Made by a program: the position numbers and the translations under genes. A DNA stretch of 64,000 nt from Epiperipatus broadwayi (Eukaryota; Animalia; Onychophora): positions 13,392,001 through 13,456,000 of the forward strand of contig JAQFVV010000009.1 in NCBI GenBank assembly GCA_028023455.1, written 5' to 3'. The notes under the pieces were generated by a model that saw only the letters and a list, made by a program, of their open reading frames with translations, was not told the DNA's origin and did not search any database. Positions 1 through 14,413 of the stretch are shown here, piece by piece (position 1 is the first letter of the stretch; each line of letters starts with the position of its first letter).

Positions 1-189
1 CTATTATCCTTCACAGTCTGCCATCATTGTTTCCTTTTTTGTTATTTAATCAAACTGACTGAATGTATAATCTTTTCCAGTTGAACTCATTACTTTGCTG
101 TTGATTTCAAAATTTAATCAATAATAAATATTCAACCAATATGTTTTTATTTTGGACTCATAGCTTTATAGTTAGTAAAAAAAAGAGTA

Positions 190-392
190 AAAGATGGCTT
201 CTAGAGGATTGCATTAGATCCTAAGATCTAGGTGCAGTGCTCTCAGATCAAGGTTTCTTGCTGATGAAAACCTCAAACTAGAAATTAGTTTGGAGATATT
301 GAATCAATAGGTACTAGATAGAGATTTATATATATATCTTCTTGCATCCATTGATTACTATGGCTTGCATTGGATGGCATTACTTGTCAATA
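190..392 (+). repeat. Dispersed repeat (family B) containing a degenerate hammerhead-like core
   Basis: Aligns by eye (~75%) with the reverse complement of 47275-47475. Contains CTGATGA(261-267) AAACC TCA AACTA GAAA(281-284) TTAG TT TGGAGA. Confidence 0.5.
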
Positions 393-1619
393 AATGCAAT
401 TATAATATCCATTCTATATTCCTTGTAGAAATATTATATAATAGCTATATATAAATATATATATATTCCGGAATAAAGTAAGAAATATCATTCAAATACA
501 ACTTATCACAAAAAGCAAAAATTCTATTCAATTCAGATGCCACCATTCTCTGCAGTGACTTTAATATCACTTTCAGTGGAATACCATAGCTACTGAGTGT
601 TGAGATTCATCAGCTTGCACTGAGATCTTTCCTCACTTTATCTACCAGGTACTGCAACCTTTATGACAGGATTTGTTGTTAATAATTTTTTTTTGTAATA
701 TTGTTAGACAACAAATACACTATAGATGTATCTTGTATAACCTCTGATCATGCATATTTAAAAGAGAAAATTACACCACACAGGATGTGGCCTAAATATG
801 ATTATACAGTTAAATATGCTATTCTTTGAATCTAAAATTAACTATTGATGACATCTGAAATGCTACTGAACATATCATATATTTCTAATAGAGTAGAGGT
901 CTGGATTTTGTTTAAAAGCAATAAACAACACCATATGTGCAAATTAAAACCATTAAATGCCAATCCAGGGATTTGGTAAATCAATTATTAGATAACATTA
1001 TATAATTCTTACTAAATATAATAAAAAATAAAAAAGAGGCAAAGTCCTTGGTTCAAAAATTACAAAAAGAAGTTGAACATCTACAAACAAAAGATACAGC
1101 GCTACATAAACTAATAAAAATCATACTAGATTTATCAAAACTGGTTAAATCACCAATAAACTATGCCAAGCCAACAACTATCAATGCTAGTATAATTTCT
1201 CTCCTAATCTGAGACAATATTGATATTCTAATAATTGTCAATATAGATAGAAAGAAATTTGATGATATAATAAAAGAAACTCATAGCCATCAAACCACAT
1301 TCATCTGTAAACTGATATTGTAAAATATTTGTTGCAGAAGAGTTTATTACTAAAAGTAAAACTTCTTATAAGTTAATTAACATCACATACAACACTAGAT
1401 AAATATAAAATATCACCCAAAATATACTGCATAAATATTACAACTACCTCTATTCAGATAAAGTCAATCTCTCTAATCTATCAGTTAATAAAATATTTTG
1501 TTGTTAAAAAAAAAAAAAATAGAAAAAGAGATCAAGACGATTTGAGATTGATAACAGTTGAAGACGTGGTTCAAAAGATATTTGCAAGACTTATCTTCCA
1601 GTAAAGGAACGTTTTCTGC

Positions 1620-2020
1620 TTAAACTATTCAAATCACCATCATATCAATATCAAGTCATATTATTAGCCTAGAAAGACATTGTTTGCAAAAATGAAAAAA
1701 TATACAATCTATGTAGCCTGCTACATAGATTTAAAAGTGATATAGTTAATTGTGATTATTTGTTATTGATACTTCAACAATTATTTCTACAGAACTAACA
1801 TTTAATTATAGCCATTCAGAATTATATTAATAAAATCTATTAAATTCAAGAAATAATTGTCCTCCTCAAGTGTATTCAAAGCTACTTATCACTGGCATTA
1901 CTCTTGAACATAGTTTATTTATACCATTAATCAGATAGAGGAAACAATCGAAGCCTTTATCCTTTATTTGTTACATTTGGATATAACAAACTCAGGTACA
2001 TTTGTAGATGATACAACAAT
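1620..2020 (+). pseudogene. Heavily decayed non-LTR retrotransposon RT fragment, clade unresolved
   Basis: Broken frames give VACYIDLK..IVNCDYLLLILQQL (RT motif A-like) and GTFVDDTTIF near 1995-2025 (YADD-like motif C); many stops and frameshifts. Confidence 0.35.
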
Positions 2021-3789
2021 CTTTTGAGAAATTACTAATTCTCTGCTTGTTCTCAACATGTTAAAAACTACTAAACAAAGACCAGATCATTGCTATAGCC
2101 AAGAAAATAATCCATGTGCATCTCTCTACAGCCATAAACATTCCATCACACTTCATAAGTATGTCATTGGCATATTTTTGGTATTCCATTAAATTTATTC
2201 AAGGTTAAAATGAATAACTAATAAAATCAATTATTATTTAGCAAATTTTCAAATAAAAGTAAGCGTATTTTCACCAGTTATTTTAACCAACTGTAAAAGT
2301 ATGAGTAATGAATGCTCTTTTGGAAGGCATTCTGTAGTTCTTGAATGGAATTATTGAATGTCACAATAAATAAAATGAATGTAATAATTAAATTTTATAT
2401 TTGAAGCATATTCTCACAACTTCATCCAATCAAACAGTTTGCTATCCAATATCAAAAAGTGGACTATATTTAATCTGTCACAAAATCTTCCAATACATAA
2501 GAACCAAGGTATATATATTAACACAAAAAAACATCCTTTAATCAAAGCAATACCACCATATTCTGAAAGGATCTTCCTAACTGATTATGCATTCTAGCAT
2601 GCCAATCTGATAGATCAATGCAATGTAGGTACATTTGACAGGATATCATACATAGTATAAAAGTTTTATATCAATCTAGATTTTCTTGGGCAATACTATT
2701 CCCATAACTAAGACTTTAACTAAATTTCAAAACTTTTGTGTACTCAATCTTGGTTAAAATTCCTGTTCAATCTATCTCAAAATATCATTCTGGCTAAATA
2801 TCTCAAAAATAAATCAATTTCATTCAACATGTAGTCTCTTTAACACAAAGAGATCTTATTATACATTCTTTTAATCATGTACTTATTTTGCAATACTAAG
2901 AATCTTTCCTTCCTAAACTAGAATAACTGAACTCAAACTGATGCTCAGAAAACATATCAAAAAGTTTGAACCCTATATGTATTGGAAAAAAAATAATGAA
3001 TGTTTCATCATATATATTAATGTTATCAAATACCTCCCCAAATAGTGTAGTAAAATCATCTGGAATCTTTATAAGTTGTAAAATTACAATCTAGAAACAA
3101 TGCCATAAAACTCAAAACAATTCTATCAATAATATTCAATATTCAACTGAAATGGGAGTTGTGAAAACAGCATCTGATGAGTACAAAATCCACATTATAT
3201 TTAATTATATATATGTGTGTATGTAATCAAATTTAAGTGGGGGGGGGGATTTAAATTATAAGTAATAAAAAGAATTAAATAATAATAAAAAGAAAGTGAA
3301 AGATTTGTCACACATAATTTTTTTCAGAACCATCTAATATAAGCCAGTAAATGATTATCTAATTATTTTTAGTTGCAAAGTAAAGTCTCAAGATAATCAA
3401 AGTAATTAGATGAGTTGGTCTGCTGATGGTAAAAAGAACACATTTTTAATATGATTCAGTTTTCACCTTTAATAAATAAGCTATCATGAATGAAGAGGTG
3501 ATGGGATAACTTTTTTACTTTTTTAAAAAAAAATTAATTTGCTATGATATATGAAATGATCAAGTTGGTATATTTTAAAAATTAAACTTTGACTGCATTT
3601 GACGACTGTATGATAACCACATACTTTTTTTTCACTCATTATGATGCCATAACAAATGAAATAATTTTCTCAAAAGTCTGATATAAAAAAAAGTTTATTA
3701 ATTGTATGGACAATATGATCATAATTAGTATCACCCTCATTATTATCATTTTAAACTACTATTGATCCAGTGCAGAATAAAAGTTTCTT

Positions 3790-4300
3790 CCAGTTTAATT
3801 CAATAACTCTAATCCCTAACTTTTCTTCCTCATCATTCTAGATCTCTTGGAATCTAGTTTAAGATTCATTTCCACCTACAACATCTAATAAATATGTCCA
3901 ATCCAGCTATATTTCTGTTTCTTAATTCTTGCAGGGATATATATCCATGACATCTGTTTTCTTTCTAATCTCCTCTTGTTACTCCTAACGTAAATCTTGC
4001 CCATACTTTGTTAAATGGTCTGAAGTCCCTTAGTTGCTCTTCTTGTAAGTGACCAAATATTAGATTCATAAATAAAAATTAGTAAAACACATCAATCAAA
4101 AAATTTCCATTGCAAATACCTAAGTATTCCTTTTAATATTAAAATTATTTCTACTAAATTTTATGAGTAATTTCATTCATTAAGTATCCATTTGCATTAA
4201 TAATCTGACCAAAGTATTTATACCCATTAATTTCTAATTCATGACTATTAATTTTTATTTTTCTCTTCTGAGAAAATCCATTTAACATTAATAGTTACTA
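3790..4300 (-). mobile_element. Old 3' fragment of RTE-clade LINE
   Basis: Similar to the RTE copy at 30150-30660 (e.g. atctcttggaatctagttt vs atctcttggaatccagttt; taatctgaccaaagtattt vs taatctgaccaaggtattt); minus strand gives a KKQKYSWIGHI-type C-terminal motif. Confidence 0.7.
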
Positions 4301-7300
4301 TACAAATCAAAAAATTCCCTAAATTTATAGCAGTGTATTAAAACTCAAAACTGTTCATCTCATATTAATTTTAAATGTGTAAAACAGCTACCCTAATAAT
4401 CTGTTATACAAATTTTCATTATAATTATATTTTGCATGAAAAAAATAAATTTAATAATTAAATTAAAAATAAAGAATGTAGTTGAACATTTACTTAGAAT
4501 GTACAATCCTAATTGACATTATGTAAACAATTTGACATTTTTCTGACAGGTTTTAAATAGAAAAAAAAAAACAAGAAAACAATTGTAAAATATATATTAA
4601 AATCTTTCTACATTGTATACATATGTACACACAGAGTTGAAAAAATATTTATAGTAAACACATATGCAATTGCATAGCAAATAATAAATCTTTATAATGT
4701 TTTTCCTTAAACAAAATGTGTGACTAGCTTTATGAGCAATCAAATTATTGTTCATTTCCTAGTAAACAATATCTTTCAGTTCTGTATTTAGCTTCTATTT
4801 GGCTTAGTTATTTCCTTTCATTAGATTCCAATCTCTAATATGCTGAACTATTTTGACATTCAGAGGAAATGATTGCTAATAAATTAAAACCTAATCTGCA
4901 TATTAGCCAAAGAATTCAATCATAATTAAATGATTTAGCATAAATTACTAATAAAAATTTTCACAAAAGAGTAGGAATAACATAAAATTAAACAAAATAA
5001 AATAAATGTGCAGAGAAATGCAGATTTTATTTACTTCACTGTAACTCAAGAAAGTGATTATAAATTAGAAGATAAATAAATAATAATAATATTTTATATA
5101 TGTAAAAAACTTGTAGTTATATATTTTTGTGTAATATATATAAAAATTGGAAATTTTTCATACCAAGTTCCATTTGTTTTCTTACAGGTAGATAACCTAC
5201 TGTTCTCAACTATAAAGTAAAACAATGATGCAAAAATTATTCAAACACTCAATCCCAACAAATGACAAGTCTAATAGGTGATCCGCTTTGTGTATGGGGG
5301 AGTGATAAAAAGTTCCATATCTGCAGTAGGCATTTAAAGGCTGTTTTATGTAAATACACACATAAAATCATAAATGTATACTTGCACATAGCTTATACAT
5401 ATACTAAAACTTTAATTAACACAAGATTTTAATAAATACAAATTAAAATTCAGTTAATGCATGCTTTGTTTGGTATATTTTTTTTTTAGTTTAATTACTA
5501 TTTCACAAAAAAACTATTAAAAAAAAGTCATTAATACATGTGGTATCTGAGAGATTTATTTATTGTAAATATGTAATGAAATGCAAAAAAATTAGAATAT
5601 GATTTTTTTGTTTATTTTCAGTTAGAATCTAGAATTTATTAAACAAAAAATATAAAAGTTGTGGTCAAAAAAATTGCAATAGTGGTCTCATGAATCCAAG
5701 AGATATATACTCACTATACAATTATGTGCTGAAATATAAAAAACAGAAAAAAGTAAAAACAATGCACATTTGCCTTTATTATATTTATATAATAAAATAT
5801 ATGATCTTTTTTTTATATTTTCAATTACAATCTAGAAATTATTTTCCAGCTACACCAATACTGACTTCGAGATTGCAGTAACTCTTGGATACGATTTACT
5901 ATCAAATACCAAACATCCTTATGTATTATGTATGTTGTTAAGACTCAATGCATAGTTAATCACAGACGTCGAATCTATTCACCTCAATATGTGTAACAAT
6001 ATTTAAAAAAGAGTCTGTTTGTACCTCTCAGATCAGCCTGCCTTTGCTGAGTTAAAATATTTTATGAGCTATACATATTTGTCTGTCAAGTATATATGAC
6101 AAAGTTACATTGACAACCTAGTGTAGTTTTCTATAGAATTTAAAATCAAAACAAATGAAATTGCACAATAATGATTAGATCAAAAGACTTCTATAGCATA
6201 GATTTCATCAATTTGTTGTATAGGAAAAGATAATCTAGTTACTGAGCTTCTTTGATTATCTTCAGACATTACTTTCTCTTATGATGTTAGGAAAAAATTC
6301 TAATTCTATGACAAACTTCTAATAACTAATGTTTAGGTCTTATATATGTGACATCATTATAACTATAATGTAAGCAGTAACATTGGCAAAAATATTATGT
6401 TTGTAAAGCTCATTATGGATTGTATTGTTAGATAATAATGTTCAAATGCAAAAAAAAAAAAAAGAATTCCTTTTTGCATAATGTCAAAAATATGGTATTC
6501 CTATTATTATTTTATTTAAACCCTAAAATCACTTCTTCGACCTATTTATAGTCATGTTCTCATGACAACCCATATATCTAATTTGATTTATAGTAATCAA
6601 AAATTCACATTCCTGAAGTCTGAAGTTTTCAATCAATCATAACAATAAAGTATTAAATTTAGATATTCTATATTATTATAAGGATGCATGAATTTACTGA
6701 CAATAGATTAAAAGAATGCTATTCATAAAATTATTCAGAAAAGATCACAAATCAATTGCACTAAAAACCAACATGATGTTACAACTGTATGACATGTAAA
6801 TATATTTGCTATCCTTTTTTTTTTTGTATTGAGCTATGATTATGGAGGCTTAAATCCCCCCAAAAGCGCTCAGCTTTATTGTTATAATTTTATGTTTACA
6901 GCTTCAGCAACTGTGTTTTATCACAATTAATTTTTAATTTTTTAATCTATCCTTTTTGGAAATTGGGAATATTTATTAGAAGCCAATAGAATGCTTTTAT
7001 ATTATTTGAGTGAAGTCTGTAATTCAAGCTTTAATTCATTTATTTGAATTCAGATATCTTTTAATAAATATACTACATTTATTTATCCATTTTTAAATAA
7101 AATAATTTTATTTTTTTCTTTATATTGTATGGCAGAATTGGGGAGTGGAGATAAAGGAAATAATTCACTGTGATATGGCAAAATTCTCTGGCTAGAATGA
7201 AGGGATCAAAAAAAAAAAAGATTTTCTTAAAAACTATTTAAAGTTATATAAAAAAAAAATTATATAGAATACTGTACTATAATTTTTTATTTAAGTTTTA

Positions 7301-8633
7301 AATTTAACACAGCAATCCCACTAAAGGCAATAAATAAATATATATTAGAGTTTTTCAGATCTGAACAATCCTAAAAGGTATCCATATAAATCACTCTCGA
7401 TTAGCTGCACGTCATGGTGATCTGAAAGCTGGCAATTTAGAATATGCATAAACTATATAGTACTGCAAAACTTCATGTGCACCTCACAAATTTTGACCTC
7501 ATAGCTGCATGCAATTGCCATGTCATTCTGCCATTTTTGATATAAATATACCATGATAAATGTTTAATATATATTAATTCATACTATTTGCTTCCATCGC
7601 TTTAATTGTGAGTTTGCTATTTGAATATTTAAATATTGTTAAAAATTATAAACATTTTTTTAAAAAAATGTTTATACTTAATTGTGTTTAGTGCCTACAT
7701 TTAAAATATTAATTAAAAAAACTGATTCATTGCTCAGAAGTTCCTAAGATGTCAGAGCAGTGAAAGTCATAGAGCTGGAGACTGTCACTTTAGTTCCAAT
7801 CACTCTACCAATACAATAAACCATGCAGAACCCCCCCCCCCATAGTTTATTCTCATGAGTTTATAAAAAATTTGAACACTGGAAGTGACAGAACTGAAAA
7901 CACAATCTATGGATTTTGAATTACAGAATTCACTATTCTATCACTGTATTAATACAACTATATGTTAAAGATATTCATCAATTACCTAATTTTTTACATT
8001 CATTAAATAATCATAAACATGCTAATCAGCTTTAACTGATATTTAAAAAAACAGTGATTAACACTGTCTTATTTAAATACAACAAAATAAAATTGTTTAA
8101 AAATTATATAATACTTCAGAGTGACTTTAAAATATATACATATATAGGGAAAGATGGTGGAAAGGCAGAAGTTGAAGATATTAAAAAACAAATTATTTTA
8201 CAGTTTGAAGCACTTTTTTTTTACAAGTGATACTTTAATTATGTATGCAGAAAGTAGTCTTCATCTTTGATTCTAGTAAAAATACACAAAATAAATTTTT
8301 ATTCCATAAGAATCTATAATAAATATTATAGTATTTAAAATTGCTTAAATGCAATATATTTTTATGATGAAACTATATATATATACTCATTATAAATTAA
8401 AATATCAGTGCTTGTTGAGCAGAATGCTAATAGTTCTTATATCAATGGCACATGTAATGGCTTACTATAATAATAAAAAATTGTCTTTTACAAAGATGCA
8501 CTGCATTGAAAACCTGACTAAGCAATTTAAAAATATTAATAATATATACATTCTTGTGGAATATAATTATACAACCCATTACAGTTTAAGTATTATCATA
8601 TAGAAATAACTGAATAAAAATCAAACTTCACAT

Positions 8634-8700
8634 TTATTTTTTGACATCAAATGCATTATTCACATCAGTGTCTTCATCATTTGATGACCATAAAGATTCT
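8634..8700 (-). CDS. Possible terminal coding exon of an unidentified host gene
   Basis: Minus strand: acceptor-like ttttctttttAG, then xESLWSSNDEDTDVNNAFDVKK-stop. No upstream exon could be linked, so it may be chance. Confidence 0.2.
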
Positions 8701-10334
8701 CTAAAAAGAAAACAATCTAATGCAAATGAATTTTGATAATAACAACAAAAAAAATTATGTTGCTGAAAATGTCTTTCAACAAAAGGTTTTGTAATTTATT
8801 AACATTTCAACTAACTGTAAATTTTGTTTTTATTCTGTAAATTTTGTTTTTATTAAGAGTTTAATAAAAATAACACAAAAAATAAAATATCTGTTGCTTA
8901 TATGAATCCTATCTGAAGTTTAAATTTATTATATTACTTTCAAAAATTCAAAATGATTAGGTACAAATAAACCAACAAATTTTTCAATTATCAGAATGCT
9001 CAAATTGATAGAAAAGCAAAATTTCAGTGACAAGCATAAACTAGCATGCATACTATTAGATAGTAATCATGGTAATTTTTTAAAACTATCCAAAGGTCAA
9101 TATTGAAGGTGTTGTAAAAAAAAAAAGTGAAAAACATGAAAAAAATGACTATTAATAAGAATGAAAATCTTGCTGATTGTAATTCAATTACTATGATAGT
9201 AAACCTATTTTGTAATAATATAATCAGATGAAAAATGAATTCACTTTCATTTGGCCTTTAAGATCTTATATGGATAGCAGAACAGTTATTAATATTTTGT
9301 AATGTTACATTAATAGTGATCTTAGCAATGGCTTGACCTAAGTGACTTACAATTAATACTGTAAAAAAAAGACTATTAAATACATACTGCTGAAATATAT
9401 ATTAATATTTATGAAGCAATTTATGGTCTTCCAATGCACATACTATAAGAATCCTTTACAAATCAGTTTTGTCATTTTTAATAAACTTGCAAATAAATCT
9501 CTCTCATATTAATGTAATCTACCAACTATATAAAAATGAATGTTTTTATTTGGTCTCTAAGATCGGGTAGTAGATCATTCATAATATTACATTTCATCCC
9601 TACAAAATATATTTAGATAAAATCCTGAATACTATATGAAAGTTGATTGATTTTTGTCTGAATAGCTCTTTGGTCACATTTTGAAAAATGCTTTGAGGAG
9701 ACACTCTTTTACAGTCATAGATACATTCTGAGCTTTACTGGACTGCCTGGTTAACATTACAAAATGTTTTATCTTTTAAATATATTCATATAAAACTTTT
9801 GAAACTTTTTTTATAGTTTTGATCAATAGATTAAACACTTTTTTTTTTTTAAAAAAAAAAAAAAGGCTGCAATCATAAGATAAATCAAAAAAATTATTTT
9901 GCTTTTTATTGCATGGTAAGTAAAACATTTAATATAAAAAAAATCTCTATTTATTTTTAACTTTTTAGTATTAGCACAGTAAATAATATAAACTATATTG
10001 TACTTTAAACTGACTTGACACTTATAGTTTATATATATCATTAGACATTTTTTAATGTATACTCCTTATGCATATATCAAATTTAGTATGTGTACATAAA
10101 TTATATATGTGTATAGCAAATCATTAAGTAAATTAAAATACGAAGACATCCTGTCTGTTGAAAGGTGCTTGACATTTTATTTAAAAAGTTGTTTTTTATT
10201 TTTAAAAAAAAACTTAACAAAACTATATTATACACTAATATTATTTTATTCTAACTTCATTTAATTTAAGCTTTTTAATTAAAACCAAAAAAAGCATGTT
10301 TATTATTTAAAATATATTGAAATTATAGTACTAA

Positions 10335-10770
10335 TTTAAATTTGATATCAAAATATTCAAGTTCCCTCCTCAGTGGTCCATATCTAAGAAACTAAATCAC
10401 CTACCTTAAATATTATAATACCCTATCACTTTGATAGTGATTTAGAAAAAATGTACCAAATTTCAAAAAATTATATTGAATTTAAATCTATTAAACCTGA
10501 ATTTAAAAATATAACTTTATTCAAGCTTTCTATTGAAAACAAAAAAATCTGCATATCACCCTTTTGTGGGCCTTATTTTAAAACATATTGAAGATCTAAG
10601 AATGATTTTTAAATTTAATATCAAAATTTCCCTGCCAAGTTGTTCAGATCTAAGAAACTAAGTTACCTACTTAAAATATTATAGTGTCCTACAGCTTTGG
10701 TAATGATTTAGAAGAAATGTAACAAATTTCAGAAAATTATATCAACTTTAAATCTATTAAATCTCAATTA
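10335..10770. repeat. Diverged direct repeat pair (~170 bp units, ~266 bp apart)
   Basis: ttccctcctcagtggtccatatctaagaaactaaatcacctacc (10362) vs ttccctgccaagttgttcagatctaagaaactaagttacctac (10628); similarity continues through aaatctattaaa. Confidence 0.6.
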
Positions 10771-11839
10771 TAAAATGTGATTCTAATTTAAATAAGTGTT
10801 TACAAACAAATAAATCAACAAAATAGAGAGTTTAACTTAAATAACAGCATTTTAAAATGTGATCAACAGATATCATTAGGTGTCTATAATCAAAAAAGAT
10901 TAAAAATGTGATTTTTTTTTTTATGTTTAAAATGTTATATACAATATTTAGTAAGTATATTATGTTTAGGATTAATTTTAAACTATTTATATATATATAA
11001 TTTGAAATTGTATTCAGACAATAAATAGTATTACTGTATTCAGATATTCATTTTAAGCAGCAAAATTGTAGGAATATTTATCTTTTTATTACTAATATTA
11101 TTTATAACTTTTAAATTATTTTTTCTTTCTGGATATATATATATGTAGAGTTTGTTATATTTATGAAAAACCATTAATATAAATGTAGAACAATTCAAGC
11201 ATATCTATATGTACTAGAATTTTTTTATATTTGTTATATATACATGTTGCTATAAAGTATTTTCATTTTCCCCAAATAAATGCTACATAATTTTTAGGCA
11301 GTGATGTAAAAAAAATTGAAGTGTTAAAAAAGTTAGTAGATTATGGTGATATAAGAGCATTATTTATAAGTTTATTAAAAATGATTCTTAAAAGTCTAAT
11401 TTATAGAGGACAAATAAAGACCAACTTGAACCTCATTATAATTTTAGTAACTCTTCAGGTATGTCTGTAGTTTGTAAGTAATTTTGCTACTTTGTTGCTA
11501 AATCTGCTATTATATATGTATTGCTATTGAATAACTAACATTTAGTCTACATACATTAAATTTTTACTATAGATTTATGTGCTCTGTGATCTCAGATTCC
11601 TTTAAAAAGCCACAATACCCAATTACTTGCTTAGGGAACTGGGACTTAGGATAAAAATTGACGCAATTAAAAATTAGCAAGGGTGCAGAACACAAAAGGT
11701 TAAACAAGCTATCATTTAAATTGAGCACTGAAAGGAAACTAGAATATTAATTGGTGATTGAGAAATAGTGTGACTGCAGAGTGTTAAGTGTACTATATAA
11801 ATTAAAAATAATAAAGAAATAGGCCCTTAAGGATATTCA

Positions 11840-13190
11840 ATCAGTAGATAATATAGCAACAGTTGGGAATCAGGAATTTGACATTAATAACCCTTGAGAG
11901 TGCCCTATTTATATAAAGCATGTAGATAAATAATTTATTGTCTAAATACTAAAGATGATATTGCAAAAATTGCCACATTAATTCATTTCAATGAGCTTAA
12001 AATAATTGAGATTGCAAACCAACTTTGTAAATCTGAAAACTGAGTTATCTTATACAAATTTAATCAAATGGCTAAATAATTAATTTAGCTTTGAACCCTC
12101 TAGGCATATAGCATACCATTTTGTAATAGACACTATGTTGGGGAGATATAATTATTGTGATACCACATTAAGAGACTTGGGCAAAAAATTGTGTGGGTGG
12201 AGAATACTTGTTGGAACAGTTTTTGTAGGGCATAGAAGATGATAAACAGCAATCACTACCCATACTGCTCACAAACTGATTATTAGTCAAGCAGAAGTTA
12301 CATTAACCCAGTGTGTAAGCTTCAAAATAAAACAATATTCTAAAACCAAACAAATCCAAATGTTCACAACAGATAAAATTAAAATGCTACTATTATGGGA
12401 AAATTGGACACCATAACATGAGAGTGAGATTATAAAGGTGCTAAATGCAAAAGTTATGGAAATCCAAGGAAAAGCTAGGTCAAACTAATGCAGCATTAAA
12501 GTCAATAAGCTTACGACAGATATTTTTCAGAAAATAATGCTGGGAATGTGTCTGCAAGAAATCTGTAGAAATGAACGTAGACAATGGAGCTGTATGTCCT
12601 TCATGTCTCAAAGAGATTGAATCAGAAAAGAACTCAGAGCTAAGGATGCAAATAGAAAACTTATCATTATAGTTTATGTAGTTAACATTATAGCAGAGAT
12701 TAATAACTCATGAAAAATGAAATTTGGTCATAGTAAACAGTAATTTAAATCCCACATTAGAAAGAAAAGTTTGTTCAGCTAAGCATAAAGATCTATGATC
12801 AATAATAAAATCTATATTGGAATAGAAACACATATTTACTTCCTTAAATTATTCAGATTAGAGCAGAGAAAGATAATATTATACCCGTTGTCAGAATTTC
12901 AGAAAGGAGTAAGCCATGAGAAGTACCATTCATATATAAGACAAAACTAGAAGTCTCAGAGATCTTAGTAAAGAAGGGAATGATCATGCCTGTTCTGCTA
13001 CTCCTATAGTTATTACTACAAAATCTAATAGCCAAATCTGCATATTTTGTGACTATAGAATAATTATTAACAAATGCCTAGATAAAAAAGTCCATATCCC
13101 ATTCTAAATGTAAAAAAAATATTAATGAATTTGGAAGAGGAAATTTTTTTGCAAAGTTGGGTTTGAATGCTGGTATTTCATTACATGATA
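11840..13190 (+). mobile_element. Decayed Ty3/Gypsy LTR retrotransposon internal region (gag, start of RT)
   Basis: Broken frames give gag-like FDINNP..YIKHVDK..KIATLI..LSYTNLIKWL and an RT N-terminus VPFIYKTKLE..KGMIMPV..ATPIV..CDYRIIINKCL..FFAKLGL (12860-13180), matching the Gypsy WATPIV/DY/FSKLDL layout. Confidence 0.7.
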
Positions 13191-13573
13191 CCAGTGGCAA
13201 AGATGGTAAAATTTACTGGTGGAGATATATAGCAATTGTAAAAATTGCATCTTGAAAACAAATGCATAAAAAATAAAGTGGCACTTGTGGTAATAAACAA
13301 ATTAAAAGAGAAAATTTTTATACTTTAAATTTAATATTAGAAATCATCAAAGGTAAATAAATGTAATCGCTTGCTATATGAAAATGAAATACTATACTTG
13401 AGATTATCATTAAAACTTATAATAAATAACTGAAACACAGGCTTATTATATACCTGTGTCTATATATGTAATATATAGGATATATGAGCACAGACTTTCA
13501 CACGACCCACCACTCTCCACTCTACCTAATAACACTGATACACTCAAGCACATATATGCGAAAAGAAATAATC

Positions 13574-13617
13574 ACCAATATACATATTTCATGCTAAACC
13601 AGCAATCATCAGTTGGT
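13574..13617 (-). ncRNA. Minimal type I hammerhead ribozyme motif (copy A)
   Basis: Minus strand: ACCAA CTGATGA T TGCT GGTTT AGCA T GAAA TATGTA TA TTGGT = stem I, CUGAUGA core, stem II, GAAA, short stem III, UH site, stem I'. Pair 10.1-11.1 is U.U rather than G-C. Confidence 0.75.
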
Positions 13618-13968
13618 CCAGATTATCATCTCCCTCACATATATACTATAAGTGCTCAGATATATATTAAGATAGACAATCTTCATACTTTACTGCACAC
13701 TCCAACTCTTCATCCATCCATCCAATTAAAAATCTGAAGATGGAATGCTCGAAGGCCACCCTGAGGCCGAGATTCTTGTCACACCCATGTTGACCTAAGG
13801 TCAATCTGAACCCCACATGTACAGGACAAAATCCATTTAATACATATGCAAGGATGGGCAGACATCTCTACAATGTAATAACTGAAACATAGGCTTATTA
13901 TATACCTGTGTTTATATATGTACTATATAGGATATATGAGCACAGACTTTCACACGACCCACCACTCT

Positions 13969-14010
13969 CCAACTGATGATTGCTGGTTTAGCATGAAATA
14001 CATATATTGG
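13969..14010 (+). ncRNA. Minimal type I hammerhead ribozyme motif (copy B)
   Basis: CCAA CTGATGA(13973-79) TTGCT GGTTT AGCAT GAAA(13995-98) TACATA TA TTGG; core intact, predicted cleavage after 14006. Confidence 0.75.
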
Positions 14011-14413
14011 TGATTATTTCTTTTCAGCATATATGTGCTTGAGTGTGTCAGTGTTATTAGATAGAGTGGAGAGTGGTGGGTCGTGTGAAAGTCTGTGCTC
14101 ATATATCCTACATATATAGACACAGGTATATAATAAGGCTGTGTTTCAGTTATTACATTGTAGAAATGTCTGCCCATCCTTGCATATGTATTAAATGGAT
14201 TATGTCCTGTACATGTGGGGTTCAGATTGACATTAGGTCAACATGGGTGTGACAAGAATCTCGGCCTCAGGGTGGTCTTCGAGCATTCCATCTTCAGATT
14301 TTCAATTGGATGGACGGGTGAAGAGTTGGAGTGTGTAGTAAAGTATGAAGATTGTCTATCTTAATATATATCTGAGCACTTATAGTATATATGTGTGGGA
14401 GATGATAATCTGG

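Noticed and set aside
5690-10041. ORF-track entries 5690-5881, 8349-8603 and 9823-10041 (and similar Ile/Tyr/Phe/Lys-rich ORFs at 21731, 25727, 27409, 38779 and 42749)
   Set aside because: Composition mirrors AT-rich background, with no motif or splice support; expected by chance.
13735-13760. CTGAAGA...CGAAG as an opposite-polarity hammerhead (viroid-like ambisense ribozymes)
   Set aside because: Reads GAAG not GAAA, and stems I-III cannot be formed.
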